IMG/VR virus record: IMGVR_UViG_3300037418_002142
Location: 4,183-68,182 of that record
DNA from: a virus
Lineage: Duplodnaviria > Caudoviricetes
Length of the DNA: 64,000 nt
Reading direction: 5' to 3' (one strand)
In this document: positions 1-10,401 of the stretch, piece after piece
Position numbering within the stretch: the first letter of the stretch is position 1
How the letters are laid out: each line of letters begins with the position of its first letter
Made by a program: the position numbers and the translations under genes
The notes under the pieces: generated by a model
Seen by the model: the letters and a program-made list of their open reading frames with translations, nothing else
The model's database searches: none
What the model was told of the DNA's origin: nothing

Positions 1-2
1 GG

Positions 3-1295
3 GAGTACGACACGAATGGCTGGTTCGAAGTGCTGGACAACCCGCTGTCGAAAGTCGGCGTCTATCCGTATTCAGGAAGGGTCATTGACCCTGACGGTTC
101 GTTGGGGCTCGAGCCTGGCAAGATGTACGGGGTGTTCCGTCCGCCGGAGGAACTCGGTTCCGAGGAATGCGTCAAAAGTTTCCGGCTCATGCCGTGGACA
201 GATGTCCACCCTAGCGCGCTTCTGGGGCCGAAAGAGCGCGGGCTCGTTCCTGCTGAAGAAAAGGGAGTGCATGGCGTAATCGGGGAACAGACATACTTCA
301 ACCCCGATGATGATGATGGAACGCTGTACGGCAACATCAAGGTTTTCTCAGAAGCGCTGGCTCGGAAGATAGCCGCCGGCAAGCGCGAATTGTCCTGCGG
401 CTATCGGTGTGACTTTGTCCCACAAGAGGGCGTCTGGAAAGGACAGCCCTATCAGTTCGTGCAGCGCAACATGCGCGGCAATCATCTCTCATCGGTAGAC
501 AAGGGGCGCATGGGCTCTGACGTGCGCGTCTTGGATGCCGCTGAGCGTTTAACATTTGCACTTGACATGAAGGAGCCCACTGTGGCTGATAAAGACGACG
601 AGACGGGTAAGGCGGAAGACGGCAACGAGAGCGCACTGCGCAAGTTCATCGGCGACAACGCCGCCATGTGCAGTGCCGTTCGCAGCATGCCGAAGGACGC
701 TTTCGAGAAAGCGGCCGGCGGTAAGGATGCCGCTGAGGACGAGGATGACGACAAGGGCGGCAAGGATTCCGATGGCGACGTGAAGGATCCTGAAGGCGAG
801 AAGGGCGGCAAAGAAAGCCCCGGCAAGAAGGGTGACCTGAAGGCCGGCAAGGACAAGCAGGCGAAGGATAGCAAGAAGGCCAAGGACGAGGAGTCCGATG
901 AAGAGGAGGAAGAGGCCGAGGACGAGGATGAAGAGGACGACAAGAAGGGTAAGGCGAAGGACAGCAAACGCGGCGGTATGGACGCAGCCGAAATCGCCAA
1001 CCTCGTAGTGCCCGCCATTCGTCGAGAACTGGCTTCCAAGCAGAAGCTATACCAACGCCTGTCGCCGATTGTCGGCGCGTTCGACCATGACGAGATGACG
1101 CTGCGCGACATGGCGGCGTATGGTCTCAAGAAGGTTGGTGCCCCCGAGGCGCGCGACCCCGTCACCGCGTTGGACTTCTATCTGGCCGGACGCGCGCAGT
1201 CCGCATCGCAGCAGCGCGAGGAGTTCTCGCACGGCGGCAGTGCGCATGATTCGCAGGACGAGTCGTTCATGGATTCGTACCTTCAGCAGCAGTAA
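3..1295 (+). CDS. Prohead protease/scaffold (DUF2213-like), 5'-truncated by window edge
   Basis: Frame is open from base 3 ([23 protein letters not shown]); has ELSCGY and NHLSSV..GR motifs; long D/E/K-rich scaffold C-terminus; lies upstream of capsid genes. Confidence 0.85.
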   Translation, partial: EYDTNGWFEVLDNPLSKVGVYPYSGRVIDPDGSLGLEPGKMYGVFRPPEELGSEECVKSFRLMPWTDVHPSALLGPKERGLVPAEEKGVHGVIGEQTYFNPDDDDGTLYGNIKVFSEALARKIAAGKRELSCGYRCDFVPQEGVWKGQPYQFVQRNMRGNHLSSVDKGRMGSDVRVLDAAERLTFALDMKEPTVADKDDETGKAEDGNESALRKFIGDNAAMCSAVRSMPKDAFEKAAGGKDAAEDEDDDKGGKDSDGDVKDPEGEKGGKESPGKKGDLKAGKDKQAKDSKKAKDEESDEEEEEAEDEDEEDDKKGKAKDSKRGGMDAAEIANLVVPAIRRELASKQKLYQRLSPIVGAFDHDEMTLRDMAAYGLKKVGAPEARDPVTALDFYLAGRAQSASQQREEFSHGGSAHDSQDESFMDSYLQQQ

Positions 1296-1309
1296 GGAGC
1301 AAGATACAA

Positions 1310-2047
1310 ATGTTTCAGTCTTCCGTTAACGTCGCACTCAACATCGGGGTGATCGGCGACATCGTTCTGGATGAGCCACACCGCGAGCAGCCGGTCACGC
1401 TGGATGCGAACGGTGGCACGCTGGGCAACGCTTTCACCAAGGACAGCGTTACCGGCGTTGCCACGCAGGGTGGCGTCGCAGGCACGGGCGCAGCGTCCTT
1501 CACCGCGTCGCTCGCCGGCACCACGCTGACCGTGACCGCTGTCGCGTCGGGCAAGCTGGACAAGGGCCAAACGGTGACGGGCGCGGGCGTCGCCGCCAAC
1601 ACTGTGATCACGGGCTTCGGCACCGGCACCGGTGGCAACGGCACTTACACCGTCAACAATAGCCAGACCGTGGCGAGCGAAGCGATGACCAGCGCCGGCG
1701 ACGGTGCAGTGTTCGCGGGTATCGCGGTCAATCCGAAGATCGAACCGCTGTTCGGCGCTTCGGCCACCAATCCGCTGTCGCCCAGTCTTGCGCTGGGGCC
1801 GAACAGTCAGGCGGTTATGATGACGATGGGCTCGTGCCTCGTCAGCCTCGGTACCACGTACAACATCGGCGATCAGGTCGAGTACAACGTGGGCACTGGT
1901 GCGCTCAGCGCGCATGCGCCGGGCGCCGCCAATAGCGCCGGGTGTGTCGACGTGCCGAACTGCCTCGTGTACGGTATCCCGTCGCAAGGCGGGGTCGTGG
2001 GCGGCGGCGCGGCGAACAGCGTGGCCATCGTTCGCCTGACGAACTAA
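1310..2047 (+). CDS. Head cement/decoration protein with inserted beta-rich domain
   Basis: Between protease and MCP; FAGIAVNPK and MMTMG motifs of Bcep781-type cement proteins; Gly/Thr-rich insert. Confidence 0.65.
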   Translation: MFQSSVNVALNIGVIGDIVLDEPHREQPVTLDANGGTLGNAFTKDSVTGVATQGGVAGTGAASFTASLAGTTLTVTAVASGKLDKGQTVTGAGVAANTVITGFGTGTGGNGTYTVNNSQTVASEAMTSAGDGAVFAGIAVNPKIEPLFGASATNPLSPSLALGPNSQAVMMTMGSCLVSLGTTYNIGDQVEYNVGTGALSAHAPGAANSAGCVDVPNCLVYGIPSQGGVVGGGAANSVAIVRLTN

Positions 2048-2069
2048 CTTCGCAAAGGAACAAACGAAC

Positions 2070-3200
2070 ATGATGACTCCTTCCGTTTCTCATTCGCGTC
2101 TTGCACCCAGCCAGGTCAAGCCGCTGGTCATTCGTCGCGAAGACGTGGCGAAGTTCAAACATCTCGAGCGCATCGGCGTCGGGTTCGAGGCGAGCTACCT
2201 GCGCGCGGCCGTGCGCGCCGCCATGGACAGCGGTGCCATGGATGCAAGCTGGGCGCCCAACCCGGCACAGATCACCAGCCCCAGCATTGTGGCGCCGATC
2301 CAGTTCCTGCAAAACTGGCTGCCCGGTTTCGTCAAGATCATCACCGCGGCTCGCAAGATCGACGAGCTGATTGGGATCGAGACGATCGGCAACTGGCGCG
2401 ATGAGTGGATCATCCAAGGCGTGATCGAGCCAATGGGCAACATCGCGGTGTACAAGGATGGCACCAACGTTCCGCTGGCCGACTGGAACCCGAGCTGGAA
2501 TCAGCGCACCGTCGTGCGTTTCGAGTCCGGCGTGCAGGTCGGTCGACTGGAGCAGGAGCGCGCCGCTGCGGCGATGATCAACTCGGATGCCGAGAAGCGC
2601 GCCGCCAGCATGCTGAACTTGGAGATCTTCCGCAACCTCGTGGGCTTCTACGGGTTCAACGCGGGCGCCAACAACACCTACGGCTTCCTGAACGACCCCG
2701 TTCTGCCGGCGTACATCACGGTCGCCACCGGTGTGGGTGGTCTCACCTGGGCGGTGAAGACATATCTGGAGATCCAGCAGGATCTCATCACGGCGTTCAA
2801 TCAGCTTCAGGTGCAGTCGCAGGACAACATCGACCCGCAGGCGGTCAATACCACGCTGGCCATTCCGTTCAACGTGGCACAGTACCTGTCCAAGCAGAAC
2901 TCGCTTGGAACGCAGTCGGTCATGGAGTGGCTGCGCAAGACGTACCCGAAGTGCCGCGTCGTTACCGCGCCGCAGCTTGCTTCGGCCAACGGTGGCGCCA
3001 ACGTGTTCTATCTCTACGCCGATACTGTCGAGGACGGTGGCACGGACGACAAGCGCACTTGGGCGCAGGTAGTGCCGGCCAAGTTCATGGCGCTCGGCGT
3101 CGAGCAGCGCGCCAAGTCCTACATTGAAGACTTCACCAACGCGACGGCCGGTGTGATGCTGAAGCGCCCTTACGCCGTTTGCCGCTACACGGGAATCTGA
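2070..3200 (+). CDS. Major capsid protein (DUF2184-like, HK97 fold)
   Basis: FLQNWLPGFVKIITAARKIDELIGI, GFYGFN, YGFLNDP and NATAGVMLKRPYA motifs; good RBS; 376 aa. Confidence 0.92.
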   Translation: MMTPSVSHSRLAPSQVKPLVIRREDVAKFKHLERIGVGFEASYLRAAVRAAMDSGAMDASWAPNPAQITSPSIVAPIQFLQNWLPGFVKIITAARKIDELIGIETIGNWRDEWIIQGVIEPMGNIAVYKDGTNVPLADWNPSWNQRTVVRFESGVQVGRLEQERAAAAMINSDAEKRAASMLNLEIFRNLVGFYGFNAGANNTYGFLNDPVLPAYITVATGVGGLTWAVKTYLEIQQDLITAFNQLQVQSQDNIDPQAVNTTLAIPFNVAQYLSKQNSLGTQSVMEWLRKTYPKCRVVTAPQLASANGGANVFYLYADTVEDGGTDDKRTWAQVVPAKFMALGVEQRAKSYIEDFTNATAGVMLKRPYAVCRYTGI

Positions 3201-3205
3201 ACCAA

Positions 3206-3601
3206 ATGTCGAAGCATGTCATTTCCACGCTCGGTGCCGATGTCAAGTACACTCGTTGGGTGAACAGCGCCGGGCTTAACACCGTCGAGAAGGCGGTTCT
3301 CGTTCGCGGTGGCGCGGGCGTCACCAACAAAGCGCTCATTACGCCGGATGGTGTTCGCACCGAGGTGTCTGATGAGGACGCCGAGTTCCTGGCGCAGGAT
3401 CCCATGTTCAAGTTCCATCAGGAACGCGGCCATGTGAAGATCGTGTCCATGGCGCGCGACCCCGACGACGCGGCTCAGTCCATGGAAAAGGACGATGGTA
3501 CCCGCCCCCGTAATGAAAAGGATGTCGAGAAATTCGCCAAGGAGAAGGGGCTCGGCAAGGAGCCGGGTACCGACCTCAAAGCGACCACCAACAAGAAGTA
3601 A
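3206..3601 (+). CDS. Conserved virion-associated protein
   Basis: ATG 5 nt after the MCP stop; syntenic with Bcep781-like head genes. Confidence 0.6.
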   Translation: MSKHVISTLGADVKYTRWVNSAGLNTVEKAVLVRGGAGVTNKALITPDGVRTEVSDEDAEFLAQDPMFKFHQERGHVKIVSMARDPDDAAQSMEKDDGTRPRNEKDVEKFAKEKGLGKEPGTDLKATTNKK

Positions 3602-3607
3602 GGGGCC

Positions 3608-4090
3608 ATGACAGCCCCTGTCTACGACGACACCACATTTCGCCAGCAGTTCCCCGCGTTCGCCAACACGACTTCGTACCCGGAGGCGGCGTTATCGTTC
3701 GCGTGGAATATGGGCGGCAACTGGCTCAGTCAGAACCAGGCGGCATGGTGGGGTGTCGGTGCTGTTAATCCGGCGAAGCTACAGCAAGCCGCCGACTTGA
3801 TGGGGGCGGTCATTGCGTTCAGCCTGTACGGTCCAGGACAGCAGACTGGAACTGGCGTGGACGGGCAGCAGAACCAGAGCCAGCAAGGAGGCATATCGGG
3901 GCCGATTACGAGCGCTAGCGAAGGAAGCGTTAGCGCTTCGTTCTCGATTCCGACCATTGGCTCCTCAGCGTTTCGTTCCTGGCTGCTGTCGTGTCCTCCG
4001 TATGGTCCGATGCTGCTGGCGTTGCTGAGAACGTCAGCCGGCGTTGGGCCTTACAAAGCAAGCTGTAGGCCGTCATGGGTTCCACCCTAA
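3608..4090 (+). CDS. Head-tail adaptor (DUF4054-like)
   Basis: FRQQFPAF N-terminus, ITSASEGSVS and PYG..LALL motifs. Confidence 0.8.
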   Translation: MTAPVYDDTTFRQQFPAFANTTSYPEAALSFAWNMGGNWLSQNQAAWWGVGAVNPAKLQQAADLMGAVIAFSLYGPGQQTGTGVDGQQNQSQQGGISGPITSASEGSVSASFSIPTIGSSAFRSWLLSCPPYGPMLLALLRTSAGVGPYKASCRPSWVPP

Positions 4091-4716
4091 ACCTTAGCAA
4101 GATCAACGAAGAGTTGGCCCGGCGAGCAAGGATGCTCAAGGGCGCAGTAGCTAAGGTGGGCTTTCCCTACGGCAAGACTTACCCGGATGGAACGCCGGTA
4201 GCTTACGTGGCCGCGATACAGGAGTTTGGTGCCGACGTACCTGAGCATGAGGTGCATGCGAAGAACGCGCAAGCACTCGCGATACCAGTGACGGGCGGGG
4301 GCACCGTGTTTCGCAAGAGCGCTAGCATACCGGCCATGACGATACCGTCGCGGTCGTTCATGCGTTCGACGCGCACGGAAAAGCTGAAGGAGTGGGCCGG
4401 GCTGATGGCGGAAGGCGCCAAAGCGGTAATGGAACGACGCATTAGTTTGTACGACATGCTGGACGCCGTTGGGCAGACAGCCGCCATGGATGTTGTGCAG
4501 ACCATTGCCAATCGTGTGTCGCCGCCGTTGGCGCAATCAACCGTGGAGAGCAGAATTCGCCGTGCGCAGCGCGCCAACCCGCGCTTCGGCAAGAAGAGTA
4601 TGCCGGTAACGATTTCGCAGCCGCTGAACGACAGCGGCACGCTGATCGCGCATATTTCTTACGGCATCGGCAAGGTTGGCGAAGACTTTACTGATGGCAA
4701 GGCGGTGAAGCCGTGA
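4075..4716 (+). CDS. Neck/virion morphogenesis protein
   Basis: YPDGTPVAYVAAIQEFGA, IPSRSFMR, PPLAQST and PLNDSG motifs. Confidence 0.75.
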   Translation: MGSTLNLSKINEELARRARMLKGAVAKVGFPYGKTYPDGTPVAYVAAIQEFGADVPEHEVHAKNAQALAIPVTGGGTVFRKSASIPAMTIPSRSFMRSTRTEKLKEWAGLMAEGAKAVMERRISLYDMLDAVGQTAAMDVVQTIANRVSPPLAQSTVESRIRRAQRANPRFGKKSMPVTISQPLNDSGTLIAHISYGIGKVGEDFTDGKAVKP

Positions 4717-5117
4717 ATTTGCACGCCGCGATACGTGGGGCGATAAACTCAATCAACCCAAATCAACAGATTAGCTGGTCCGCGTACCAGTCGTGCCCGA
4801 TCGATACAAACACTGGTATCGCAACACCGCAATACGCGGCGGCGCAACCAATCTGGGCGCAGATTCAGCCGCTTTCTACGGATCAGCTGAAGCAGATGGA
4901 ACAGTTGAACATACAAGGAGTGTTACGCGAAGTGCGAATGAAAGGCGCGGTGGCTAGCGGTGTCAGGCAGGATGGCACCGGCGGCGATCTGTTGCAATTC
5001 CCGGAATTACCGGGCGGCCCCATGCGCACTTGGATGGTGATGGCCGTTCCAGAGCAGTGGCCAACATGGTGCTGTGTGATAGCGCGCATGCAGAACGACC
5101 AGACAGGGAGCGCGTAA
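4713..5117 (+). CDS. Head-closure/completion protein
   Basis: NLHAAIRGAI..INP, AQIQPLS, GGDLL and EQWPTW motifs; synteny. Confidence 0.7.
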   Translation: MNLHAAIRGAINSINPNQQISWSAYQSCPIDTNTGIATPQYAAAQPIWAQIQPLSTDQLKQMEQLNIQGVLREVRMKGAVASGVRQDGTGGDLLQFPELPGGPMRTWMVMAVPEQWPTWCCVIARMQNDQTGSA

Positions 5118-5118
5118 T

Positions 5119-5697
5119 ATGGGGCTAGATATAACTGACAACGATGTCTACAATGCGCTGGTAGCGTTTATCAAGTTAGTGGTGCCAGCGGGTACACCGA
5201 TAGCACGCGGGCAGCAGAATCGAGTGCCGATGCCTACCGTGCCATTCGTGCTGCTGACCACGATGGGTGCTCCGCAGCGCCTCAGTACCAACGTCAATGA
5301 AACGACGTATGGGCCGTGGACAGCAGACAGTACTGACGTAACCGCCGACGCGTCGATTACCACTGACAGTTATGTTATGACGGCATCAGTGGCTGCTGAT
5401 TACGTCTACAGGGTGCAGGCAGATTTCTACAGCCCCATCGCAGAGTCTTGGGCGGTTGCGGCCGAGCTACTGTGGCGAGACAACATCGGCATCAGCGCTA
5501 TGCCGCCCGGCGCCAAGCCACTATACACGGAGGATGGCCCAAGGCAGGCGCCAATCATTACAGCAGAAAACCAGTGGGGCGCGCGCTGGACGATGACGTT
5601 GGTTCTTGACTATCGGCCGACATGGACACAGCAGACCGAAGCGGCGACTACGGTAACGGTGACGCCAGAGCCGGTTGGTGTGTTTTTCCCACCTTGA
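5119..5697 (+). CDS. Tail terminator/neck protein
   Basis: RGQQNRVPMP, QADFY, PLY..GPRQAP and ENQW..RW motifs; immediately upstream of the sheath gene. Confidence 0.75.
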   Translation: MGLDITDNDVYNALVAFIKLVVPAGTPIARGQQNRVPMPTVPFVLLTTMGAPQRLSTNVNETTYGPWTADSTDVTADASITTDSYVMTASVAADYVYRVQADFYSPIAESWAVAAELLWRDNIGISAMPPGAKPLYTEDGPRQAPIITAENQWGARWTMTLVLDYRPTWTQQTEAATTVTVTPEPVGVFFPP

Positions 5698-5714
5698 TAA
5701 TTGGAGAATCCTAG

Positions 5715-7544
5715 ATGACGATTCCTTTTAGCACGGTCGCCAATATCGTTGCGGGGGTTCTCTCCGCGGCTGGCAACGCCGTAGACCTAAATCCGGTGGT
5801 GCTCACACAGAGTATCTACGCACCGCAGAATCAGGTGCTAGACTTCACCGATGCTACCGACGCCGAAAACTGGTTCGGTGCGGATAGTATCGAGGCGCAG
5901 ATCGCCGCAGCGTTCTTCCAGGGTCCGGACAACGCGTCTGCTACCCCTGGCATGCTGAAGTTCTTGGGCTACGCCGAGAACCCGGTGCCTGGCTGGTTGC
6001 TGGGCAAGTCACTTGCCAACATGACGCTTGCGCAGTTGCAAGCGCTGAGCGGCACGCTTTCGGTGACCGTGGCGGGAACCCCGTTCACGAGTGCCAACAT
6101 CAATTTCGGCGGTCTTGGCCCGCCAACGCAGAATGCCCCTTCCACTTCTGCGACTGGCGGCACCCTGCCGGCGACCACGCCGTACTATTTTAAGATAGTC
6201 GCGACCAACGCCAGCGGTTCAACGCTGCCGTCGACGGAACAGACCGTCACCACCGGCGCGGGCTCGACCAACGAGATCACGCTGAATTGGGTGGCCGAAG
6301 CGGGCGCGAGCGGCTACCAAGTTTGGTTTGGCACCACAACCAACGGTGAGAACGAATACTTCACCGTCGCTGGCGGCTCGACCACGAGCTACACGTTCAC
6401 CACCACGACGGGCGCCACCGCTGGCACCATTCCGGCGACGAACACGACGGTAGCTTCTAGCTTCACCGCGGCTGCCGCAGAGATCGAAGCGGCGTTCACC
6501 GCTCCAACCTTTACGGTCACGTTCGACAACGTGCATTCGGCGTTCCTGATAACGACCAACACGACCGGTGCGTCCGAAACGATCGCGTACTGCACGGGCA
6601 CCATCGCAGCCGGGCTGGGCTTAGACAGCGCTTCCGCCGGTACGCTGTCACAAGGTGCAGCGGCTGCTGCGCCCGCCACTCAGTTGAATTGGCTGACGTC
6701 CAACGATCAGAACTGGGTGAGCTTCTTCACCTCGTGGGCGTCGCAGCAGACGGAACAGGAAGCGTTTGCTGCCTGGGCTGACGCGAATAAGCCGCGCTAT
6801 GCCTACATTTCGTGGGATGAGGCGGTTGCGGATCAGACACCGAACAACGCAAGTTGCTTTGGCGGCTATCTGATCGCGAACAAGCTGTCAGGCACGTTGC
6901 CCATCTACGGTACCGCGTTGCATGCAGCGCTTGTTGCGAGCTGGGCGGCGTCGCTCAACTTCAACAAGAAGAACGGCCGCACGACTCTGTGCTTCCAATC
7001 TCAATCGGGGCAGGTGCCGTCGGTTACGGACAACCAGACCTACGCCAACATCAAGACGAACGGCTACAATATGTACGGCGCGTTCGGTTCGAACAACCCG
7101 GCCAACAACCAAAACTGGATGACACCGGGTTCGATCAGTGGTGCGTGGCTGTGGGCCGATACGTTCTTCAACCAGATCAAGCTGAATGCCGACTTGCAGT
7201 TGGGCATCGTCAACGGGCTGCGCTCCGTTGGTCAGATACCGTACAACAGCACCGGCGACGCGATGATCGAAGGATTCTGCGCATCAGCCATCAAGGCCGC
7301 GCTGAACTTCGGCACCATTCGCAAGGGTGTGCCGCTGAGCGCGGCGCAGGTGCAGCAGATCATCAATCTGGTAGGCGCCGATGTATCGCAGACCATCATA
7401 TCGCAGGGATACTACCTGTACACGGATGCGGCCGGTACTTCGGCCGAGGTACAGCAGCAGCGAGGATCGCCGCCGGCTATTCTGATTTACCAGGATGGTA
7501 ACAGCATTCAGAGCATCACACTGTCGTCCATCGTGATCGTGTAA
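5715..7544 (+). CDS. Contractile tail sheath (DUF3383-like) with FN3-like insertion
   Basis: TIPFSTVANIVAGVL, NWVSFF, NGYNMYG, WLWADTFFNQI and IPYN..G motifs. Confidence 0.9.
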   Translation: MTIPFSTVANIVAGVLSAAGNAVDLNPVVLTQSIYAPQNQVLDFTDATDAENWFGADSIEAQIAAAFFQGPDNASATPGMLKFLGYAENPVPGWLLGKSLANMTLAQLQALSGTLSVTVAGTPFTSANINFGGLGPPTQNAPSTSATGGTLPATTPYYFKIVATNASGSTLPSTEQTVTTGAGSTNEITLNWVAEAGASGYQVWFGTTTNGENEYFTVAGGSTTSYTFTTTTGATAGTIPATNTTVASSFTAAAAEIEAAFTAPTFTVTFDNVHSAFLITTNTTGASETIAYCTGTIAAGLGLDSASAGTLSQGAAAAAPATQLNWLTSNDQNWVSFFTSWASQQTEQEAFAAWADANKPRYAYISWDEAVADQTPNNASCFGGYLIANKLSGTLPIYGTALHAALVASWAASLNFNKKNGRTTLCFQSQSGQVPSVTDNQTYANIKTNGYNMYGAFGSNNPANNQNWMTPGSISGAWLWADTFFNQIKLNADLQLGIVNGLRSVGQIPYNSTGDAMIEGFCASAIKAALNFGTIRKGVPLSAAQVQQIINLVGADVSQTIISQGYYLYTDAAGTSAEVQQQRGSPPAILIYQDGNSIQSITLSSIVIV

Positions 7545-7556
7545 AGGAGACACGCA

Positions 7557-7988
7557 ATGTCAATCACCAGTGCAAATGCCAGCTTCATTCTCGTCATCCC
7601 AGGTGTGTTCAGCTCCGGCGTTCAACTGCAGGGATTCGCCGTGGACGACATGTTCTCGATGGACCCAACCACACTTGCCGAGGGGCGACGCGGGGCCGAC
7701 GGTCAGACGGTGTACGGCTACGTGTACGAGCTGTCCAAGATGCGCATTGGACTGCTCGCCAATTCCAACGCGTTCCGTATTTTCCAGGCATGGAAACAGG
7801 CGCAGGACGCGGCTGTCGACGTGATCACGGCGAGCGGCACCATTATCATGCCGTCGCTGGGGCTCAAGACCAGTCTCGTCGATGGCAACTGCACCAATCT
7901 GGCCGCGTTCCCGCCGCATAAGAAGGTGGCGGAAAACGTCGAGCCGGAAGTGACGTGGGGTAGCTGGACCACCACAGCGACCAACTAG
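7557..7988 (+). CDS. Tail tube protein (DUF3277-like)
   Basis: ITSANASFIL, QLQGFAVDDMF and GADG motifs; follows the sheath gene. Confidence 0.85.
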   Translation: MSITSANASFILVIPGVFSSGVQLQGFAVDDMFSMDPTTLAEGRRGADGQTVYGYVYELSKMRIGLLANSNAFRIFQAWKQAQDAAVDVITASGTIIMPSLGLKTSLVDGNCTNLAAFPPHKKVAENVEPEVTWGSWTTTATN

Positions 7989-7989
7989 C

Positions 7990-8445
7990 ATGGCGGCCAA
8001 GGTAGACGTGCCGGGCATCGGCGGTCGCAAGGAAATAAGAATTAGAGCTGAGGATGGCCGCGACCGTGGCAAGATGTTCTTAATAAGGGAATGGGATGCG
8101 GCACGCGCAGAGCGCTGGGCGCTGCGCGTGCTGTTCGGGCTGGGCAAGGGCGGCGTGGAGTTGCCGCCAGAAATACTACAGCTCGGTGCGATGGGTATCT
8201 TCTACGCGGCGGGGTCGCAGGCACTGCGCATCCCGTCGCGCCTCGCGCTGCGACTCGCCGATGAACTTATGGAATGTGTAGAGCGCGTTGAAACAAAGAC
8301 CGTGCGTGCACTCGTGCCGGAAGATATCGAGGAAGTGTCGACGCGCATCAAGCTCAAAAAGGAAGTCCTAAAACTGACGTACGGTTTTTTTGTACCCGCC
8401 GCTCCCCAGACTTCGGCAACGGAGAGCGGCCCAAAAACACCCTAA
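7990..8445 (+). CDS. Tail assembly chaperone
   Basis: GRDRGKMFLIREWDA..AERWALR; between tube and tape measure; T7 run near the 3' end. Confidence 0.8.
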   Translation: MAAKVDVPGIGGRKEIRIRAEDGRDRGKMFLIREWDAARAERWALRVLFGLGKGGVELPPEILQLGAMGIFYAAGSQALRIPSRLALRLADELMECVERVETKTVRALVPEDIEEVSTRIKLKKEVLKLTYGFFVPAAPQTSATESGPKTP

Positions 8446-8618
8446 GGACAGTGAACGTGACGCCGGTTATGTCTGCCGTCATAGAGTCGCAGTATGCCAC
8501 CAAGCACGAGCTGGAAACAGTGTATGGGCTGGAAGGCATGTACGACTTGTTTGAAGTGTGCGCTGTAGCCGGCTATAACGAGTACCAAGCATCTAAGCAC
8601 GCCGCTAAAGGAGTGTGA
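8385..8618 (+). CDS. -1 frameshift extension of tail assembly chaperone (gpGT-like)
   Basis: Slippery T TTT TTT at 8385-8391; the -1 frame is open to TGA at 8616-8618 and encodes ATKHELETVYGLEGMYDLFEV; absent from the ORF track. Confidence 0.75.
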   Translation, partial: FFCTRRSPDFGNGERPKNTLRTVNVTPVMSAVIESQYATKHELETVYGLEGMYDLFEVCAVAGYNEYQASKHAAKGV

Positions 8619-8621
8619 TCC

Positions 8622-10400
8622 GTGCCGAATATCATAGACAGTCTATTTCTCGAACTCGGCATTGATACTTCCAAGTTTAGTGCGGATCAAAAGCGCGCGC
8701 TGACTAAGATCGCCGAGTTCGAGTCGCAAAGCAAGAAAGCTGCGAAAGGTGCCAGGAACGCAATCAAGACAGTTGGTGAAGCATTCCGTGATATCGCCGA
8801 CGACAGCCGCGTAGGAGTAGGGGCGCACCGGCTGGATAATCTTGCGTTGAAACTGCGCAATCTTGGAAAGAGCGCGCAAGTGGCCGGCGGGGTAGGCACT
8901 CCCCTAGGGGCGATGGTGGGCGGGCTTGGCGCGCTGCTGAGCCCTGCCGCGCTTGGAGTGGCGGCCATTGGGTTGCTGGGCAAAGCGACGTGGGATCTGA
9001 ACGAAAAGATGACGGCGACCAACGCTACCATCTATCGCAACGCTAGACTCGCCAACATAAGCGGCAAAGCCATGTGGGCTTGGGGAGAGGCGGCGCGTAC
9101 CGTTGGTGGAAATCCTGCCGCCGTGCAGTCTGGTATCGCTGGGCTGCAAACGTCCATACTGGGAGGCATGATTGGCGCCGGCATGCCTACTTCGCAGCTC
9201 ATTGGGTTGGCTCGTCTCGGTGTGAAGTGGAATGCTCGCACTGGCGTTGACATTAAGAGCCTGTTCGAGCGCGTGCACGATATGGGCAAGGCGCAGGGCT
9301 GGGCGCGCACCTGGGCATTGGTGAGCAGCTATGGTCTAATGAATCAGGACGAGTTCAACCTCGCCATGACTAAGGGGGGCGGAGCTGCGGCAGTAGCTTA
9401 CGCACGGAGAGCGGCGCCGCAGAATTTCAACGATATACTGCGACGCTCATTAGAATCGCAGTCGCTTCTCGGCAAGATGGATATTCAGAAGGCTGCGTTG
9501 GCTGAGCGCGCCTATGGCGGCATACAGAAGCCTATGCAGACGTTGGTTGGTCTAATCACCAATCTGCTGGCGGTTACGAACACACTGCTTGGTTGGACTA
9601 TCAAGATCGCCGGGTGGGTCGGGGGCATTGCTGAACGCTTCGGTATCAAGCCTATAGCGGAGGCCGCCGGCGCCATCGAGAAATGGCTGCTGGGCAAATC
9701 TCCATCCGCCTTGGAAGGTGGCGTCCCGGTTAGCGGTAAGCTACCTACTGATTTCAACACGCGACAGGCGATGGCTATGCAGGTGCTGATGGCGCGCGGC
9801 TTATCGCGTAACGACGCGGCGGCCGTCGTAGGCAACTTATCGCAGGAATCAAGCCTCCGCCCAACCGTCACGAATGATAACGGCGCGCACATGGGTCTCG
9901 GCCAATGGGATAAGACTCGGCAAGCCGTGTTTGCCAAAGTGTTCGGCTACAGGATGGGCTCCGATAAGGTACCGGAACGTAAACAATTCTTGGATGAAGT
10001 GCTGTTCGCCAGAATGGAGCTGGCCACGTCGCATCGCGCCGCTATGGCCAAGATGGCGGCAGCGGCCGATCTGTTGAGCAAGACGCGCGCGTTCCAGGAC
10101 TTCGATGAAATGCCCGGTGCCAACGATACTTCGTTTGGCCGTCGCCTGCTGTATGCTGAACAAGCGTACGAGAACGGGTATGCCTACGCGCAAGCGATGG
10201 CAGCGTACAATCGACGCCACGGTGTCATCAATCGCAATGTGACGAACCACACCAAGATCGGCGACGTGCATGTGCATACGCCGACCACCGACCCGGTGTC
10301 GCACGCGGCAGCGGTACGCAAAGGTATATCGTCGCAGCCGCTGCTTGACCCCACCGCGCAAAACACCGTAGCGCTCGCATCGCGAGGCATGGCAGGCTAG
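8622..10400 (+). CDS. Tape measure protein with tail lysozyme (Phage_lysozyme2-like) domain
   Basis: PNIIDSLFLELGID start; helical Ala/Gly-rich body; AAAVVGNLSQESSL...GLGQW lytic motif. Confidence 0.88.
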   Translation: MPNIIDSLFLELGIDTSKFSADQKRALTKIAEFESQSKKAAKGARNAIKTVGEAFRDIADDSRVGVGAHRLDNLALKLRNLGKSAQVAGGVGTPLGAMVGGLGALLSPAALGVAAIGLLGKATWDLNEKMTATNATIYRNARLANISGKAMWAWGEAARTVGGNPAAVQSGIAGLQTSILGGMIGAGMPTSQLIGLARLGVKWNARTGVDIKSLFERVHDMGKAQGWARTWALVSSYGLMNQDEFNLAMTKGGGAAAVAYARRAAPQNFNDILRRSLESQSLLGKMDIQKAALAERAYGGIQKPMQTLVGLITNLLAVTNTLLGWTIKIAGWVGGIAERFGIKPIAEAAGAIEKWLLGKSPSALEGGVPVSGKLPTDFNTRQAMAMQVLMARGLSRNDAAAVVGNLSQESSLRPTVTNDNGAHMGLGQWDKTRQAVFAKVFGYRMGSDKVPERKQFLDEVLFARMELATSHRAAMAKMAAAADLLSKTRAFQDFDEMPGANDTSFGRRLLYAEQAYENGYAYAQAMAAYNRRHGVINRNVTNHTKIGDVHVHTPTTDPVSHAAAVRKGISSQPLLDPTAQNTVALASRGMAG

Positions 10401-10401
10401 C

